64,000 nucleotides of DNA from NCBI GenBank assembly GCA_977030845.1, contig OZ365112.1, positions 18,662,001 to 18,726,000 on the forward strand. Reading direction: 5' to 3'. The notes beneath the pieces are model-generated. The model was given only the letters and a program-made list of their open reading frames with translations, ran no database searches and was not told where the DNA came from. The position numbers and the translations under genes are program-made. Positions 13,601 through 29,300 of this stretch are shown here, in pieces; position 1 is the stretch's first letter; each line of letters starts with the position of its first letter. This DNA comes from Fimbriosthenelais zetlandica (taxonomy: Eukaryota).

Positions 13601-16600
13601 AAACATCACCGGTAAGAAACCGTAAATGGATAAATGGAAATTTATGAAGGACCCTAGTGAAACATGGAGGCGTTATGACTGGGTCACTAAACGTAATGAC
13701 ATGGTATCATTCTCTAAGCCAGGATTTAATGAAACAAGCACTCACAGCAGAGTAACATGAATTAACATTATCACAAGTGTTATCTGGAGTGGTCAAACAG
13801 GACAAGAAGCGACCTACCCTCTCCAGAAAAAAACTAAACATTGACTCTGGATGGGGCGGACTTGGGCAGTCTATATTCACCATAAGTTATCTTCATTGTG
13901 CGTGCATCTATCATTTAATGTATTGGGATGACACTTACCCAAGGTCGCACCACGGAGGGAGGCGACAAGACGGAGAACTGAGCTAAAATTAACGGAGCCA
14001 TTCGCCCTATATAACTAACAGGAGCATGTGGAACCTAGTAGTATAACACATTCTGATGAAAATTATCCCTGATTTTTTTTGTCTTATTTGCGTCCAAATT
14101 TTACCCATCAAGTGATCAATTACAGATCTAATTATAAATGCTTCGCACCATTGACCAAGAACTAGATAATTATTCCTCCTATTTTATGAGACATTTATTC
14201 TATAGAGGGGATAACTTCCTGGGGCCAATATCTGACGGATAACATTTGGCGGATAACATTATGTGGTAAGATCCGAGAAATGGTATCTAACAGAATAGTA
14301 CCACTTTGATGGTCGACTCCTCAACATATCTAAGCTTGTGTATGAGCCTTAAGCACCAGAATATACTCGTGTCTCATATATTGGTGGCATGCTTGGCGGA
14401 ATGGCAGAAAACAACACTAATGAGTACATCTATATGAGTTAGATCATATGTAACACGTTCATGATATAATGTAGTAATTTTGATGATCTTTCAGCACTCT
14501 AGACATGAAATCTTACACCCAAAATCGGCAGGGCACAGCCCCACTGTTTAACCAGTCAAAAATTAACATATACACATCATTAACGCTGAAGACACACTGT
14601 TCACTCATGTTAACTATAGCATCAGTTAATTGTCATGCCTGGAATAATTTCATAATTGCTACTGTTAAATGTATTAATAATGCACTCTGCGTATTAGCCC
14701 AAGTATATATATGTACATAAACAGTAAAGGGCATAGAGACCGGACAGCTTCGGAAGTGAACATTCCGGTGGTGGGAGACAGGCTGGATAACCAGTCAAAT
14801 TCAACATCAATGGATATCTTAACCTTACAAGTATGTCTTCTCCGTGCTGAAGGTGGTTTGATATGTGAAAGAAGTGTATCTTACATGAACAACAAGTGAT
14901 TTTCTTTATATTCACCACAATGATATCAACGAGATGAAGATTATTAAGATATACGCATATCTACAGTGGAGGGGAACGATAAAATTAGTAATACATACAC
15001 GTGATTAATCATTGGCCTGTTAATGAGTATCCTCCTCCTAGAGTTTTATACAACAAACAAATACAGCAAATGTCAATATGTATAACAAGTTTTGGCAGTT
15101 TTAATACGCTGCATTGAATGGAAGAAAGGTGCAAGCATGAGTCATTCTGCCACAAGCTATGCAAGCATGCAAGATTCCATTCACGGAGTATGTATGTTAA
15201 GAAATTAACGCCAATAATTCAGTTGTCTACTGACTTGGGCCTTGGTTGATGGAAAAAGACTGCTTGCTGCCTTCCCTGTGCTAACACCATGTCTGTAGGT
15301 TATTCTACCCCTCATGAAAATGCACAACCTTTAATTATATTCGTGCCAAATCAGACTGCCTGGCCCTATAGAAATGCTGATTAATCTCCTTTCCTTCAAT
15401 GTAAAGTACCAAAGATATCGGACCAGAATGTGGAAAGTTTATAATACCGGCATATTGTCTTAAACACAACTATCTATAAATTTACTTCAGACATTAAGGC
15501 TAATATAGTATTATAGAATATAGAAAATAAAATAAAACAATTAAGTACTATGACATTGTGACAATAGTGTACATAAGACTGTGGTAATAGAAGGGGGCAG
15601 AACAATAAAATGCACGCAGGTTCAACCTGTGTGGCACAGACCAAGTCATGCTTTGAGCTTCTCTCTGGTCAGCAAACTGAAAAACTCACTACAAATGTCA
15701 AGCCAGCAACATCCAATGTTTACGACAAAGGAAATTGGTGAAAGATCAATGGTCTGGTTTTGATTTAGAGAACGGTGACGGTAGGGATGGGGAGGTCATA
15801 TTATAATCAGTTCTCATTCGTCAGCAGTGTTTGATTTTGTGAATGCAGCCCATCAAACCCCCCTGTAGCCAGCTTGGTATACCATTATAGGTTGGAATAA
15901 GAAATACCCTCTGTATTCATAGAAGGTATATAAGTGACCATTACATGGCAATATTGCCTATTTTTGATACACTGTAAAAGAATGGGAGAAGAGAGAGTAT
16001 AAGAGTATTCTGATCAGTTGGAAACGTTTGCCTGTAATTGCTGAAAGCCCATCACATCTTTTAACATTTGTTTTTCATACATATTTCCTTCCAGTGCAAA
16101 ATAATATGACAGATTGAAGTGAACATGGTGTGAAAGTTATCTTTGATAAGCGACAAGCAACAACAAACAACCCTGTCTTCACTGTGCAGGAAATACGTTG
16201 TGGTAGTCATGGAAACTGGGATCATGTTATATGGAAAATGTATAATTCAAGACAACAATCGATGACTTATGATGATAATGATATAACAACCCGCAAAATG
16301 GACCCCAAATCTACACTTCTAAAGTCCCCTCCAATAATGAGGAGTGAGTATTATGCTCATTGGTAACAGAAAAACTGACACACAAACGGACAGTCCCAGT
16401 TTACATGACTCACCAGATGACCAGTCAGTGATGTCACTATATTATACTGAACCTCCTGGCTCACTCACTGACTCTACATGTCAGCCACTCCCGTATTATT
16501 ACACCATAGGCAGATGAGACTTCTAATAAATCAATCCAGAAACAATTCTGCCGTCTGTTTGTATCTGTAGTAGGAACACATTGGAGTGTGAACAATGACT

Positions 16601-17362
16601 GAGTGAACTCTACGTTCCTGGAGATGGCAGCTATACTGCTTAGCACTGCCACACGACACACCGTCACTCATCATGCTAAACATCACCATCCCTTTGTACA
16701 GTCTTTGTTACAAATAATCAAGTATGCAATTACATAAAATGATGAACGAAGAATAAACCAACTAGGATATTTACTGCAGAAACGACCTAAGAAGTTAGCC
16801 TTGTGCTTCTTCATGATTGCAATTTGTTCTGGTGTTGTTTGTTAAATGCTTTTCATAATCATTTATGAACACCAGCAATTACAGACACCTTCTATTATGT
16901 ACAGAGACGACTATTATTCAATACGAAAATTTAGGCAGCGAATCGACAACTTTTTTTTTCTCCAAAAAGCGGAAAAATAGTATCACAATTGGAATATGTT
17001 ATCACATCTTCGAACAGCAACATCTGCTGGCTTCATTTAGAGTCGGATGAAGACCGGTGCCAGACTTTGTTTCTGCTTTTTTCTTCTTCTCGGTAATCAC
17101 TATGACGACGTGATGATGGAGAATGAGTGTAGGGCTCGACCTGGCAGTAGTCTGAAGCACTGGCCATTCCCATGGGCTTTGGGCTTCAATATAAAATACA
17201 AATTTAAACTAGTCCTTCCATGGCCAAGTCGGCTAGAAAAGGTGGTCTCAATAAATATGATGGGATGATGATGTGCCTCAAGTGGCCACTCAAATCTCAT
17301 GGCGATGTGAAGACAGCCAGCCACGTGCTGTCTGAAGGAGCAGCTGCTGCTGGCCTGCCCTC

Positions 17363-20300
17363 TCAAGCTTGGAATATCTCTATCTTGTTGGCTTTCCTTA
17401 CAATTTTTACAGAACCCGGTGGAACCTCTGGAAACCCTGTCTTGAAGCTGACTTCAACGCCAACGCCATTCATCTCAGTGTTCATACTGGAAAAAAGATC
17501 ATAATATATAGGCCTACCATTTGTCTGATTTGATCTGAAATACCCCGGCAGTAAATCCAAAGTATTTCAGCTGATAGATACCCTTAGAGAGTACACTTGT
17601 TACAGTATATTAATAATGCTTACTGGGTGGCGATGTGCACTGCTGGGTGTAGACTGGTGGCATTCTGGATGAGGAGGAACATTTTGGCTGCAATCTCAAT
17701 AATATGGTCGCTACTCAGGAGGAAGTCACCCTTCTTGGTCAGCAGATCACCATTCTCATGCTGCAGCAGGAAAGGAAAAGGAAAAGGATATCAGACATAA
17801 ATAAGCCAGCCGAATTATTATCATAAGCCAGGTCCTAACAATCAAAGTTCTATTTAATATTTGAAACAACACATTTCTAAATTGGAGGGGATGTGTCTCA
17901 AGTTGGTTAACTCACCGTTAAGCCCCCTGTTTTGTTCAGGTGGAATATACAGATTTTGTCACTGTAGGGGCTAAGCGACATGCCAGTAAACTCAGTCACT
18001 GGAATGCGATACTTGATCGAGAGGGTTCGCTGGTCGAGAACCAGCATGGCATTGGTGCTCATCACTAAAAGCTGAGGTACCATCTGTAAAGACAACACAT
18101 AAATACCCATCATAAATGGACAAAGGCCTTCATTTAAGGGTAGTGTTCTTATAGCAATTAACGACAAGTGTTACCACCATTAACTTTATACATTACAATC
18201 ATCAGATCATTACTGACCTTGCCATTTTTCCTGTTGACCTTCATAACAATATCAGCAAAGACAAGGTGAAGGTCATTTGTTTCATGTGCCATTCGCTGCC
18301 ACTTGGTATTCTGTCGCAGTTTGACATAATCTCCTTTGAACGGATGAGAAACACTGCAAGAAAACGATGTTATCCATTTAACGAATAAAGGGCATATGAG
18401 ATAAATTCGGATCAGATGGAAAGGCAAAGGGTAGAGGTTTACCTGCGGCTGTATGCTGCCTTCCTCTCTCGGAACAAATCACTTGCTATAACTTTCTCCC
18501 GCATTTTGTTGCGAAATTGTTGGTCACAACTTAGGCGATAGCTCAAACACTACAAAGAGAAATTGTGAGCGTAAAGAGGATAATGGATTAGGTGAATATC
18601 TTTTAAGATAAAATTAAGATAATCACATGTTGGCCTAATTAGATTAGAAATAGAAGCTGTAGTTACATACCCGCCATTTGTGGTAGAGGTGACAGATGTT
18701 GTCGTTTGCTTGACGGAAGAGTGGAGAGCAGGAGGGCCAGGTACGATCTATGGGGGAGGGTGATGGAAGACGAGGGATGAGATTCAGCAGGAACCGCCGC
18801 CTCTGAAAACAAAATCATTTTTATTTTTAATCTCCTTATAGAAAATAACAGTTAAAACTACTCTAGTAAATAGTCCAACTCCGATAAGCCCACATAACAC
18901 AAACGTGGAGTGCACTCCTATGAACTCCTGATGCAAGAATCATGCAGGGTGAGGACCACCATTTTTCTCATGTTGGGAAGAGCTCGTTTTACGTGTATCT
19001 ATCTATGTAATCCGACTCTGGCATGCAAAAGATGAGTTTCGTTTCACAGTAGTCTGGCCCTACACCAGAACTAAACTGATGACTCAGAATAAGCCACTGA
19101 CTGCAGAGCCAATGAATGAAACCTCACAATTATAGTGTGGCAATTAAGCTTGTTTGATGTCTCTTGTCGATGTCCTGCAGACATGACAGTTCTTCCAGCC
19201 TAAACGCTGAGATGTTCACAGACTTGTATAGTTCTGTTGATGGCTGATGGAAGCATCCCAAAGCATGCATATCCCAAGGTGAATTTTCAACAGGAATTTA
19301 GACAAGCAGATCTTATCAGTAGGATAATCAAATGATAGATAAGAGGGAGAATGATAGGAAGAGAGAGAGAGGGCCAGATACTCACAAGACAATCGTAAAT
19401 AAAGCGGACTATCTTTGGCCCTGCGATGGCTCGGAATTTTCGGCGGTATTCTTTACGGACTTTCCAGCCATAGTAATACTTTCTGATGACAGAGACGGCC
19501 CAGAGACAGCGCTGGTGATACTTCATCTCCGCCAAGATGCGTCTTGCCTAAAATATAGGTATATACATGTACCGGGCTATTGGGAGATGCTTTAATAGAA
19601 TTTTAAAATATTAAAATATTTAACATTCGTAGCCAAATATAGATTTGTACAAAATATCTGTCAATTTTGATGCATGAAAAAAAGAATTTCCAGGCTCCAA
19701 AGAATCATTTGAATTTCATTATGTAATCGGGAATAGGTTATAATTTTAAGGTATGTGTTAGTATGATTAGTAAATGTATTTCTTGTCTGTAATTTTTGTC
19801 AGCCAAATCATAGACCGAGTCCAAGGTCTGTATGTGTTTGTGACATATGTACCGGTATATGTGTCTAAATGTAATAGGTACAGTATTAATTGCTCTCTTG
19901 GGTGCACAGCCTTCCTTGATTAACAGGTATCAGTGTTTCATGTGACGCATAGGCAGGAGACAAATTCCATATTGGTTTAAGTGCGGTCATGCTCATTAGG
20001 CCTCATCTGACTGTTACCAAAGACCTTAGACTATCTTTGATCAAGTTTGCTGCAACTGGTAGATGTGAATACTAGTAGCAAGACATATACACCACCACAC
20101 TTGATCCTTGTCTCCCTCATACACTTGTCTAATTATATCTGCAGGAACAAGGAGGTCTCTGATGACGGCGATATTGCACAGAGGTGGTATAAGAATCCTC
20201 TGCCTTTCTTCAGTCAATAGATGGTATCTACTTAGCACAATTAACTGGACAACAAACAGTGAACCTGAACCCCATAACAGATAGATGTTCTGTATTATGA

Positions 20301-23300
20301 TTATTAATAATTATTTTGAGGTGAGGATATTAAGTACGTTAAAGTGTTTGATATTATAAATCATGGAGTGTAATGTTAAGTGGGAGGTTTATATATGTTA
20401 AGCTCTCATCTTGTACCTGCCATCCCCGGACGTGTGCATTGATAATAATGGCTGCGCGTCGGAGCTCCAGGAATCTTTTTCTAGCCTAGAAACCAAATAA
20501 ACTCACACACTAAGTAAAACATCCAATACAACACAAGAGTTACAACACACAGCCAAATAAAAACTGAGCATGTCCTCCACAAGAAAAAATCTTATTTCAA
20601 AAGTATTCTTATAGGAAGCATTGGCTAATTTTGAATTGCCTTGAGGAGGACAAACCCCAAACAAAATGAATGTCTATATACTTTAAGGAGAATATAACAA
20701 CAAAGCAGTGCACATGCAGTTCATAGAATGTGTGGTGTGTTGCCTAGCCTGGCCATCTGTGTATTAAGATCACTCTGATGGTCTGAGTAGAAGGCGGTGC
20801 TGAAATGTGGAAGAAAAACTAACCGACAAGCTACAAAATGGCCTTACTCACTCAAAGCGGCAGCTGGTGAGCGAGACCTGCAGCATGGAGAGGACAGGCA
20901 CACACCAACATTACAAAATACACATAACCCTCAAATAAAACTGCCAAAAATACATGCACCTCAAACAGCTGCAACAGGTCCTGTTGCTTAACCTAAACAG
21001 CCCTCCTCTTGTTTCATTTCTACAAATCAAATGGACAGAGCAGCGGTCTTCAATAACATAACAAAATCAGAAAAAAAATATCTAAGTTGTTATATTCAAA
21101 CAAATAAAATAATTTACAATTATATATAAAGGACATGGCTCTGGGAGTTTACTCAACAAACATTTCCAAGGAGGAAAATTGGGTATATACATGCGTGGTA
21201 ATAATGACTATGAAAACTAGGAATTAAATAATAAAAAGCCTCAGATATAATCAAGTGTGGCTAATCTTCATGCTTATAATAATTAATCCAAAGTTTGCCT
21301 GACTGTAATCCCCTCTCAGCCACTGTACACCTACCATGAAGCCCCTGAAGTTACTCGAGATGACAATTTGCGCTTGTCGTAATTGCTTGTAAAGTTTCCG
21401 GGCTTGCCAGCCACGGTAAACTTTCTGGAGTAAGGTTGCTAGATCATGCATCCTCTCTCTCCTTGTTTCTTCAAGCGCAAATAACTGAAAGTTTACAAAG
21501 ATAATGACTTCATGAATGCTCCAATGGATCATTTCCATATACTACTCACATTCACACTTGTATATGGTACAGAGGTAACTTTTCATATACTACTTGATGT
21601 AGCAGCTGCACCATGTTTTTAAACTCTTTATGATACTATCTATCATTGGCTGTTTGTTATAAACAACTTATAGCAGAATGTATTTATATTAGCATTACGT
21701 TATAGACCACTATATCGCCTATTTTGGCTATCATACATTAATAACATAGATCTAGTAAAGGGCTCACCGTTCGGGGGTTCCGGATGAAGACTTTGGTCTT
21801 GCCAAAGGCATACTCCTGGTCTTCAACCATTTGATGGTCAAATATCTCTGCAACACCGTCACAGAGTGCACCTCTCCAGGCAGGCCAGGTCATGGGTGAA
21901 AGCATCTTGTAGCGGTAGATGAATTGTTCGTATGCTTGTCTGAAGGCGTAGCCAGCTCGCCTCACACGAACATTCTCTAGTAATCTATTGGCAAACAGGA
22001 ATAAAACGACTGAGGGCAAGCAAAGGGAGGATACCTTTACGATAATCATGTTGATAATGACCTAATGTCGTGACGAGGCATCATTATTATTTTCTAATTT
22101 AGAAAAAAATGAAAAAATCATTAGACATCTTACCCCAGGTAGCGTACTTGGTGACAGACCCGCTGCTCATCAAACACTCCAGAACTCTTGTAATCATTAG
22201 GTTTTATACAGCGGATGTAATTAGGGCACTTGGTTTGTAGATTCTTCATCAATTCATTCACAGATGCCTAGAATGAAGACATGAACCTACTGACGACCTA
22301 TTGTTAGCAATGTAAATTTAGAACGGCTCATTCCATTATATGATTTTACCCAAAATTTCTTCTGGGAAACACTCACCTTGAACTGAGAGCCAGCAGTTGG
22401 AGGTCGTCTCAACGAAGAACGCTCAGGATTACCTGAAAAAAGAACATCTGGAGCATTACAAACATGACACAATCAATAAAACTAATCACTATACTTTACG
22501 TCGCAGATCTGAAAAAAGGTACAAATCTAGTTCCTTCATATTGCTGCATCCCTTCATAAAACATGTACCGTATCTATTATCAAAGTGAAAAGGACTTGAC
22601 TTGCCTTCAGGAAAGAGCACCTTGAGCATTGGGTGTTGACACATGTACATCGCTCGGGATAAATCTCGGTATAAGAGGTCATTGTTCTTCTCTATGAACC
22701 CTTCCACTTCATATGTCACCTGACAACCAAACACCTCTATATTACATTTCAAGTCTTGATCCAGTATATCAGTTGCAAAGAGCTATTTTTGTCACTGAGG
22801 TTTAATGTAATACATTTTACTTTTGACAAAAAACTGTTTTCGTTAGAGAGAATGTCATCCTTTAGATGTGAATGTCTTACCGAGCCGGCATAGTGGAGTA
22901 GACGGAAGGCATGGTGGGGTAAGGTCTTGTCAGAGCGCGTCTTCTTACAGCCACGGCTCTCATAATGCGGGTGGCCACAGCAGGCCTGATTCAGCTTACT
23001 GAGGAACGTATCATCAGACACTACTCCTGGCCGCAAACACTCCTCATCCAACATGGCCAGGATTCCCACATTATTCTGATGACAAAAGATAACAAAAACT
23101 TAACACAGTGGAGTCAGGTTATGGGTGTCTGAAATGTTGATGGATGGATTCAGTTCTCTCATGTGTTGGAACTTTTTCATATTAACGTCTTACTGATACT
23201 GCATGATCTGATACCTTGCTTCCCTCCACTTTCTCAAATTATTCCTCTCATTATTATCTAGCAAACACTGTCTGGCATGGGCAAAATCATTGATAAAAGA

Positions 23301-26300
23301 CAAACGAAATGAAAACAAAAATAAACCTTTCATGTCACATTTACAGATTAACTGCTTTAGATCCAAGCGTATAGATATCTAGGCTAAATATCGAGTTGAA
23401 AGCCCAACAAGGTCTTAGGCAGGATGATGCAGAGACCAAAGCTGCTGAAAACAGGACAAACCAAGGAAAACTAACTAAAATAGTTAAAGTAGGTTTGGTA
23501 GAATAAAGTAAGTAACGTAATGAAAAAGAAAGTTAGAAAAGTAAAGGCTACACTCCCCCTCAGCATATCTATAACTTTCCACTGTTAACTTACCCCTTCC
23601 TGCTGCATTTAATATACAAGATTCTTCCACGTCATTCAAAATTTAATCTATTTACAAAAACAGCTTCATACTAAATGAGTTATAAGTAATCAAAGCAAAT
23701 GCCTTCCTCCACCATCTTGCCACTATGTTTAGAAACAGAATTTCAAAACAATAAATTTCTATGTATGAAAACAGGGATGTGGACCCCATCTGATATAGGC
23801 CTGCCTTTGGAGGGCAAAGAGACTCCGATTGATAAGTAAGCAGGAGATGTATATGAACATTGTCAACGATGGAATGTAAAACAGTATCCTTTCTGTCGGA
23901 AAAGTTCAATAGGCCAAATATGCATTCTTGTTACAATCTCAAGAGATTTGTCAGTGATTTATGTTATTTCTACTTAGCTAAGCCCAACACCACTTCTTGT
24001 AAGAGATTATAACCTCTACTTGCAATATCTATATAAAATACCTACTGGTCGGAGTTGGAACCTGAGAGATTCGTGGTTGTTCAGGCCCTGTATTTTTATA
24101 AAATTCACAGAGAAAAATACATATATATCAAAATTATGTTGATTTTAAACGGTTCAAGAATGTTTGACCTCGTGGTGGGTCGATATCAGGTTTTCACCTC
24201 AGCTGTAAAACATGTTAAATCCACTATCTCACCTTTTCTATGAGTTCACAGATGACTGCATTGTTAAAGTAGTCAACGTGAATCCATTCAATTCCCTACA
24301 AAAAAAACAAGAAAACAGTTATACAATGTATCTTGGAAAAATATCTTGTACATGACTTATTAGGAGCTTGAAATAATGCTAAATGGAAGATTTAAATTAA
24401 AGAAATTCTAAGTGAACAAGACGTCTACCTCACTGACGTATTCCTCTTGCTCTTCTTTTAGAGTCAGCTCAATGAAGATCTGCTGCAGCTTCTCGTTACA
24501 ATAGTTGATGATGAACTGTTCGAAGCTGTTGTGCTCGAAAATTTCAAACCCGTAGATATCTAATACTCCCATGGATTTTCTCCTACCTCGTGTTTTGACC
24601 TGAAGGGATAAAACATGTGAAGTTTCATGTAACTATCCCAAGCCGACTTATAGAATATGAGTATGAGCAAAGCACACAGCCATGATGTGCTATTAGAGAC
24701 TAGAAACTGCAGACTGCCTGCAGGGATGAGAGAGGATTGGATTCATGCAAAAAAGCTTTCAAAAAACAGAACAGAGCTCTTCACTCACCCGTATACTGTC
24801 GTTGATTCTGTGAACCAACCAAGTGAACAACCTGTTATAGATAGCTTTGCATAGAGCGTCCCTTGCATAGGTGGCCTATTGTTGGGGGAAAAAGAGGAAA
24901 AAGGCATCATCATATAATGACGTAATTTCAATATTCTTGGTAATTTTAGGACAGATATTCCTTTATGAGAATATATCAGATACCCGAACATCAGAAGTAT
25001 TCATTTTGCCAACCAATGGTTATCGTCAACACTTACCTCCTGTGAGTTGAGGTCAGTTTTGACCCGTTCGCCTGACGTCTCTACAGTTCGCTGAGTGAGC
25101 GCGTTAATAACTGTCATCACATCACATTGTAGCAGATCACAGACCTCGTATACTTCTGTTAACAACGAGAAATACATTAAAACCTTATATAATTAAAAAT
25201 AATATTTGAAAAGCATTTTTAATAAAAGAAAGGAAGAAAGATATATTATACTAACCATCTTCGTTGATGAGCTTGCAGCCATCCGTCCCGTCAATATTAC
25301 TTTGGTGTTGAAAGTGAACATTTCCAAGCTTGAGAACACTGGCGACTAATTGAAAAATAGAAACCATATCTTCCCTGCTGAAGCCTATCACGCTCATAGC
25401 TTTCTGTGGAGGAAAACAGAAGAGCACATTGCACATTAATTAAAAAATATAACAACAAAATATGTTAAAATATAATATAGCAATTTACTTGTTTATTTTT
25501 ATACACGCCTACCTTGGTGAGTGCAAAGTGCTGTTTGTCATCATGAGACTCGATGTGACCAGAGCCACCTAACTTGAGAAACGAGTACTGCTCCGGGTTT
25601 CGTTGCAACTTTAAAGATTCTGAAGGAAATAACCAATTATCAATAATCTCCCTTGTTTTCAGCATCAAACAAGACAGTGCAAAATTGTTCGAGATAATGG
25701 AAAAATCACCAGTATTCTAAAAAGATAAATAATTTGAGAAATTTCAAAAAGTACATACTGAGAAAACTTGTGTCGGCGCCTGATAATAACTGATAGAAGA
25801 TGTGGAAGCTGCGTTCACCTTTACTTTGTACAGAAACTCGTGACTGATATAAAAAAAGAAAAATTAGATAGAATTACAGTTTATTATATGCAGAAAATCA
25901 CAATGGCACAAACATGACAGCAAAGAACTTCTATGCAATTAGAAACATATCCAAATTGCCATCTCTGAAGCAAATGTAAAGGATGTCGATACTTACTTTT
26001 TCAAGCAGATCTGGAGAGAAAAAAGAAAAGAATGGAATTTTATGAATGAAAGTTTGTCATTCTTATCAAACTATAGGAAATCGTCATGTTATTTATCCAC
26101 ATCATAATGGACAATTATGTAACAAAAGAGATTATTAACGAGAGAGCTGATTGAGAGCTCATGTCTACATTTTAAAAATCTGATACGGCATACTCACAAT
26201 TTGTAATAACTCCGCCGATAGGATCTCCTTTGAAATCAAATTCTATGTCCATATATTTACCCTGTGATAACGATATAGGAAGGGAGGTTAGACTATAGCT

Positions 26301-29300
26301 AGAATATATCAATCTGAGGGTAATGGAGTCTAATGTTGTAGATGATCGATGGTAAATACTATAATAAGATGCTGTTTTTTCTATACGGAGCTAACTCCCC
26401 AGTAGAATAGATCCATTTCAACTCGTGGGTGGCACCAAATATTGATATGAAAAAGGCAACAGTTTAGAGCATCCATGAAGGTTTCTTTGGTTCTACTTAC
26501 AAATCGAGAAGAGTTGTCATTTCGATGTGTTTTCGCATTTCCAAAGGCTGAAAGAAAGGTTAGATATAGAAGTGTAAAAGGATATTTTATTGGAATATCT
26601 GAGGCAGTGATACTAAATGAAGATTGATGCATGGAGACAAGACCGGTGAGATCCCAAAGAGAAGAAGGAAAAGAGAAAGTTGGCCAAATCCGAGAATCTA
26701 TTGATCTGAATGATATCTTTAGAAGGCTTTCTACCTATTACATTTCATATAAGATACCATGTATGGTAGCCCGTGTACAAGCCACTGACATCAACGAAAC
26801 TAGACCACTCATTTTTGAGGGAAAGTCATTTTGTGGTCGCTCAACATATCTTACAGATGACATATATAATCATCAAGGTTGGAAAAAGTAATTTTCCAGA
26901 AGAGCATTAAGGCTTGTTTTGGAATATTTTACAGCTGAATGATCCTAACTGCCTCCTTTCCTTCCACGTGCACGGCCCAATATCACCAAGATGAATACTT
27001 GGTCAGAACCTTGGTGGAAAACCTGCTCAGGGGCAGTCATGAGGCTGTTGGTGGAGATTTTAGAGACCATGAATCAAGAGATCTTTTAGACGGCAGCTTC
27101 AGGAATCTAATAATAACCTCAGTTCATACATAAATATTGTCCTAGAGATGTGGAGGGCCAAGAAGCGGACATCCTGGAGCGATAACAATAATATAGAGCT
27201 ATAGAACCGGTAGAGGGACATAAACATGGTCCGGATCATTAGATGATTTAGACTGGATCACATCTTGGCAGACTAAGTGACTCTCTGCTACAGATCCAAA
27301 CCAATGTTGTTTGTCTGGGCAAGTAGAGGTCGGTCTGTAAAAAGGCAATGATGGTCCCAGCAATCAACCAGTAAGCCCAGATCATGACACTCGAGTATAC
27401 TATATCAGCCTCATCATCAACCCTAGTCTATAGTTTCCAAGCAGCTCAACCCCTTAAAGACATAGCAGTTTTCCTCCAGTCTAATATTGATCCACCACAT
27501 GATCCACCATCAACATTCAGATAGGAAACCAATAAATATTAAAAGCCAACTGTCCCTGATTCGTTCTGTGTTTTAGCCATTTCCTTCCTGCCATTTTGTG
27601 AGGTTTATGTGTGATGTAAAGTAGACATTTTGCAGGTTTTATTGGGCCGGGTTTGCAGCATGATGGCTTTATGAGCCCCTCTCATCTGCCTTCACCGTGA
27701 AAAGCCCACTAAGGAATGATCCATATGCTCCTCAGACAATCAATACGCCTATTTCCTATGACGAGCTCCACCGATCAAGTTTCACAGGCTAATCAGTGGA
27801 CATCTGACTAGAATGTTCAAGCACTATTCCTTCTTCTCACCCAGCACATAGCATCTAAACCATGACAAGGTCCTCCTCCATGGAGGGGTATCGAGGGTTT
27901 ATCTAAGCTATGAGATGATAATATGAGGAAAATGCTAGTACAAAATACATGAAATACAAAAATATAAAAGAATGTTATGAAGAAGAATATCTCACCTTCT
28001 AATACAGGATTTGATTGCAGCAGTTGTTCCTTGACTCTGTCAATTTCACGTCCTTTACCAGAAACAGCAGCAACGTATTGCATTATAACTTTACTTGCCT
28101 CTGAAAACGAAAGATTAATAAATGTGAGACACCCTGAAAACCCTTATGATGTGAAAGCCATTTTTCCACATCTGAAATAATATTAAGCCATATTTCATGT
28201 ATAAAGTAACCAATACAGTGTGCGCATCTTGATCAATCTCGCCCTGGATGTCCATACACAAACCACATTGTGATTCAATGGGTTAAGATTATGACCCATG
28301 AAAACCTCGTAATGGGCGATAATTGCCTCTTCTTTGTAATGTGTTAATGAGCTTCAACATTCAACAACAATAAAATGACCTAATTCCATCATAAAGCTGT
28401 GACATTGTCAGTAAATTGTCAGCCAAATTGAGTACAGTTCTAACATATGCTTATTATATGAATGAAAATAACTTTTAATAATTATTGGTGATTTATAGCA
28501 GCGATAAGGGAGGTATATTGCGCTATCAAGTGAATTAAGTGGAGATAGGCCCATAGCTGCAGCCACTTATGTCCCTACTACACTGATTGGCTATCTTTCT
28601 CTGCGTTCTTCACATTGCTCACATGATTAAGGCCCAGATTAGTAGCTCGATACAACTTTCATTCCATCTTATCGACAGCAAGGAGGTTACACCATCAACT
28701 CCATTGTAAACAGTTGGCTGATCTTGGCTAGGAGAGGGAGAGGCGTGGATTATGTGCTGTAAGGGTTAATGTAATATATCTGATTGACTATTATGGTTTA
28801 TGTATACCTGTCTTGCCAGAACCACTCTCGCCGGAGATGATGACACACTGATCTTGATTGATGTCTCTCATCGACCGGTACGCCAAATCAGAAATAGCGT
28901 AACTGTAAAAAGAAAGAAAATAATATATAGTGGACAAAATTCCTATAATGGATGCAGAACAAGGAAGATATGATCAAACATTTCTCATTCATCACATAAT
29001 TGAATAATTAGATTGTTTTTGTGTGGATGTGCCATATGATACTTACATGTGGGGAGGGAGTTCATAGATATTTCGACTTCGGTATTCAAAGATCACATCA
29101 GGCTTGTACAGTGGGAGGTGCTTGTAAGGGTTTACAGATATGACCACATTCCCTATGTAGGTCTGAATAAAAAGAGATAAAATACATGAAAAACAAAATC
29201 GATGCAAGCCTGCATTTAATGCATGATCTGAGAAAGTACAGCTCTCTCCACCCAGAAGAGACTTTTTTCTACCACTTAGCCTAGCATACAGCAATGCCAT

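Noticed and set aside
19076-19125. CTGATGA followed by GAAAC (hammerhead-like core)
   Set aside because: The required stem II/III geometry and CGAAA junction are absent.
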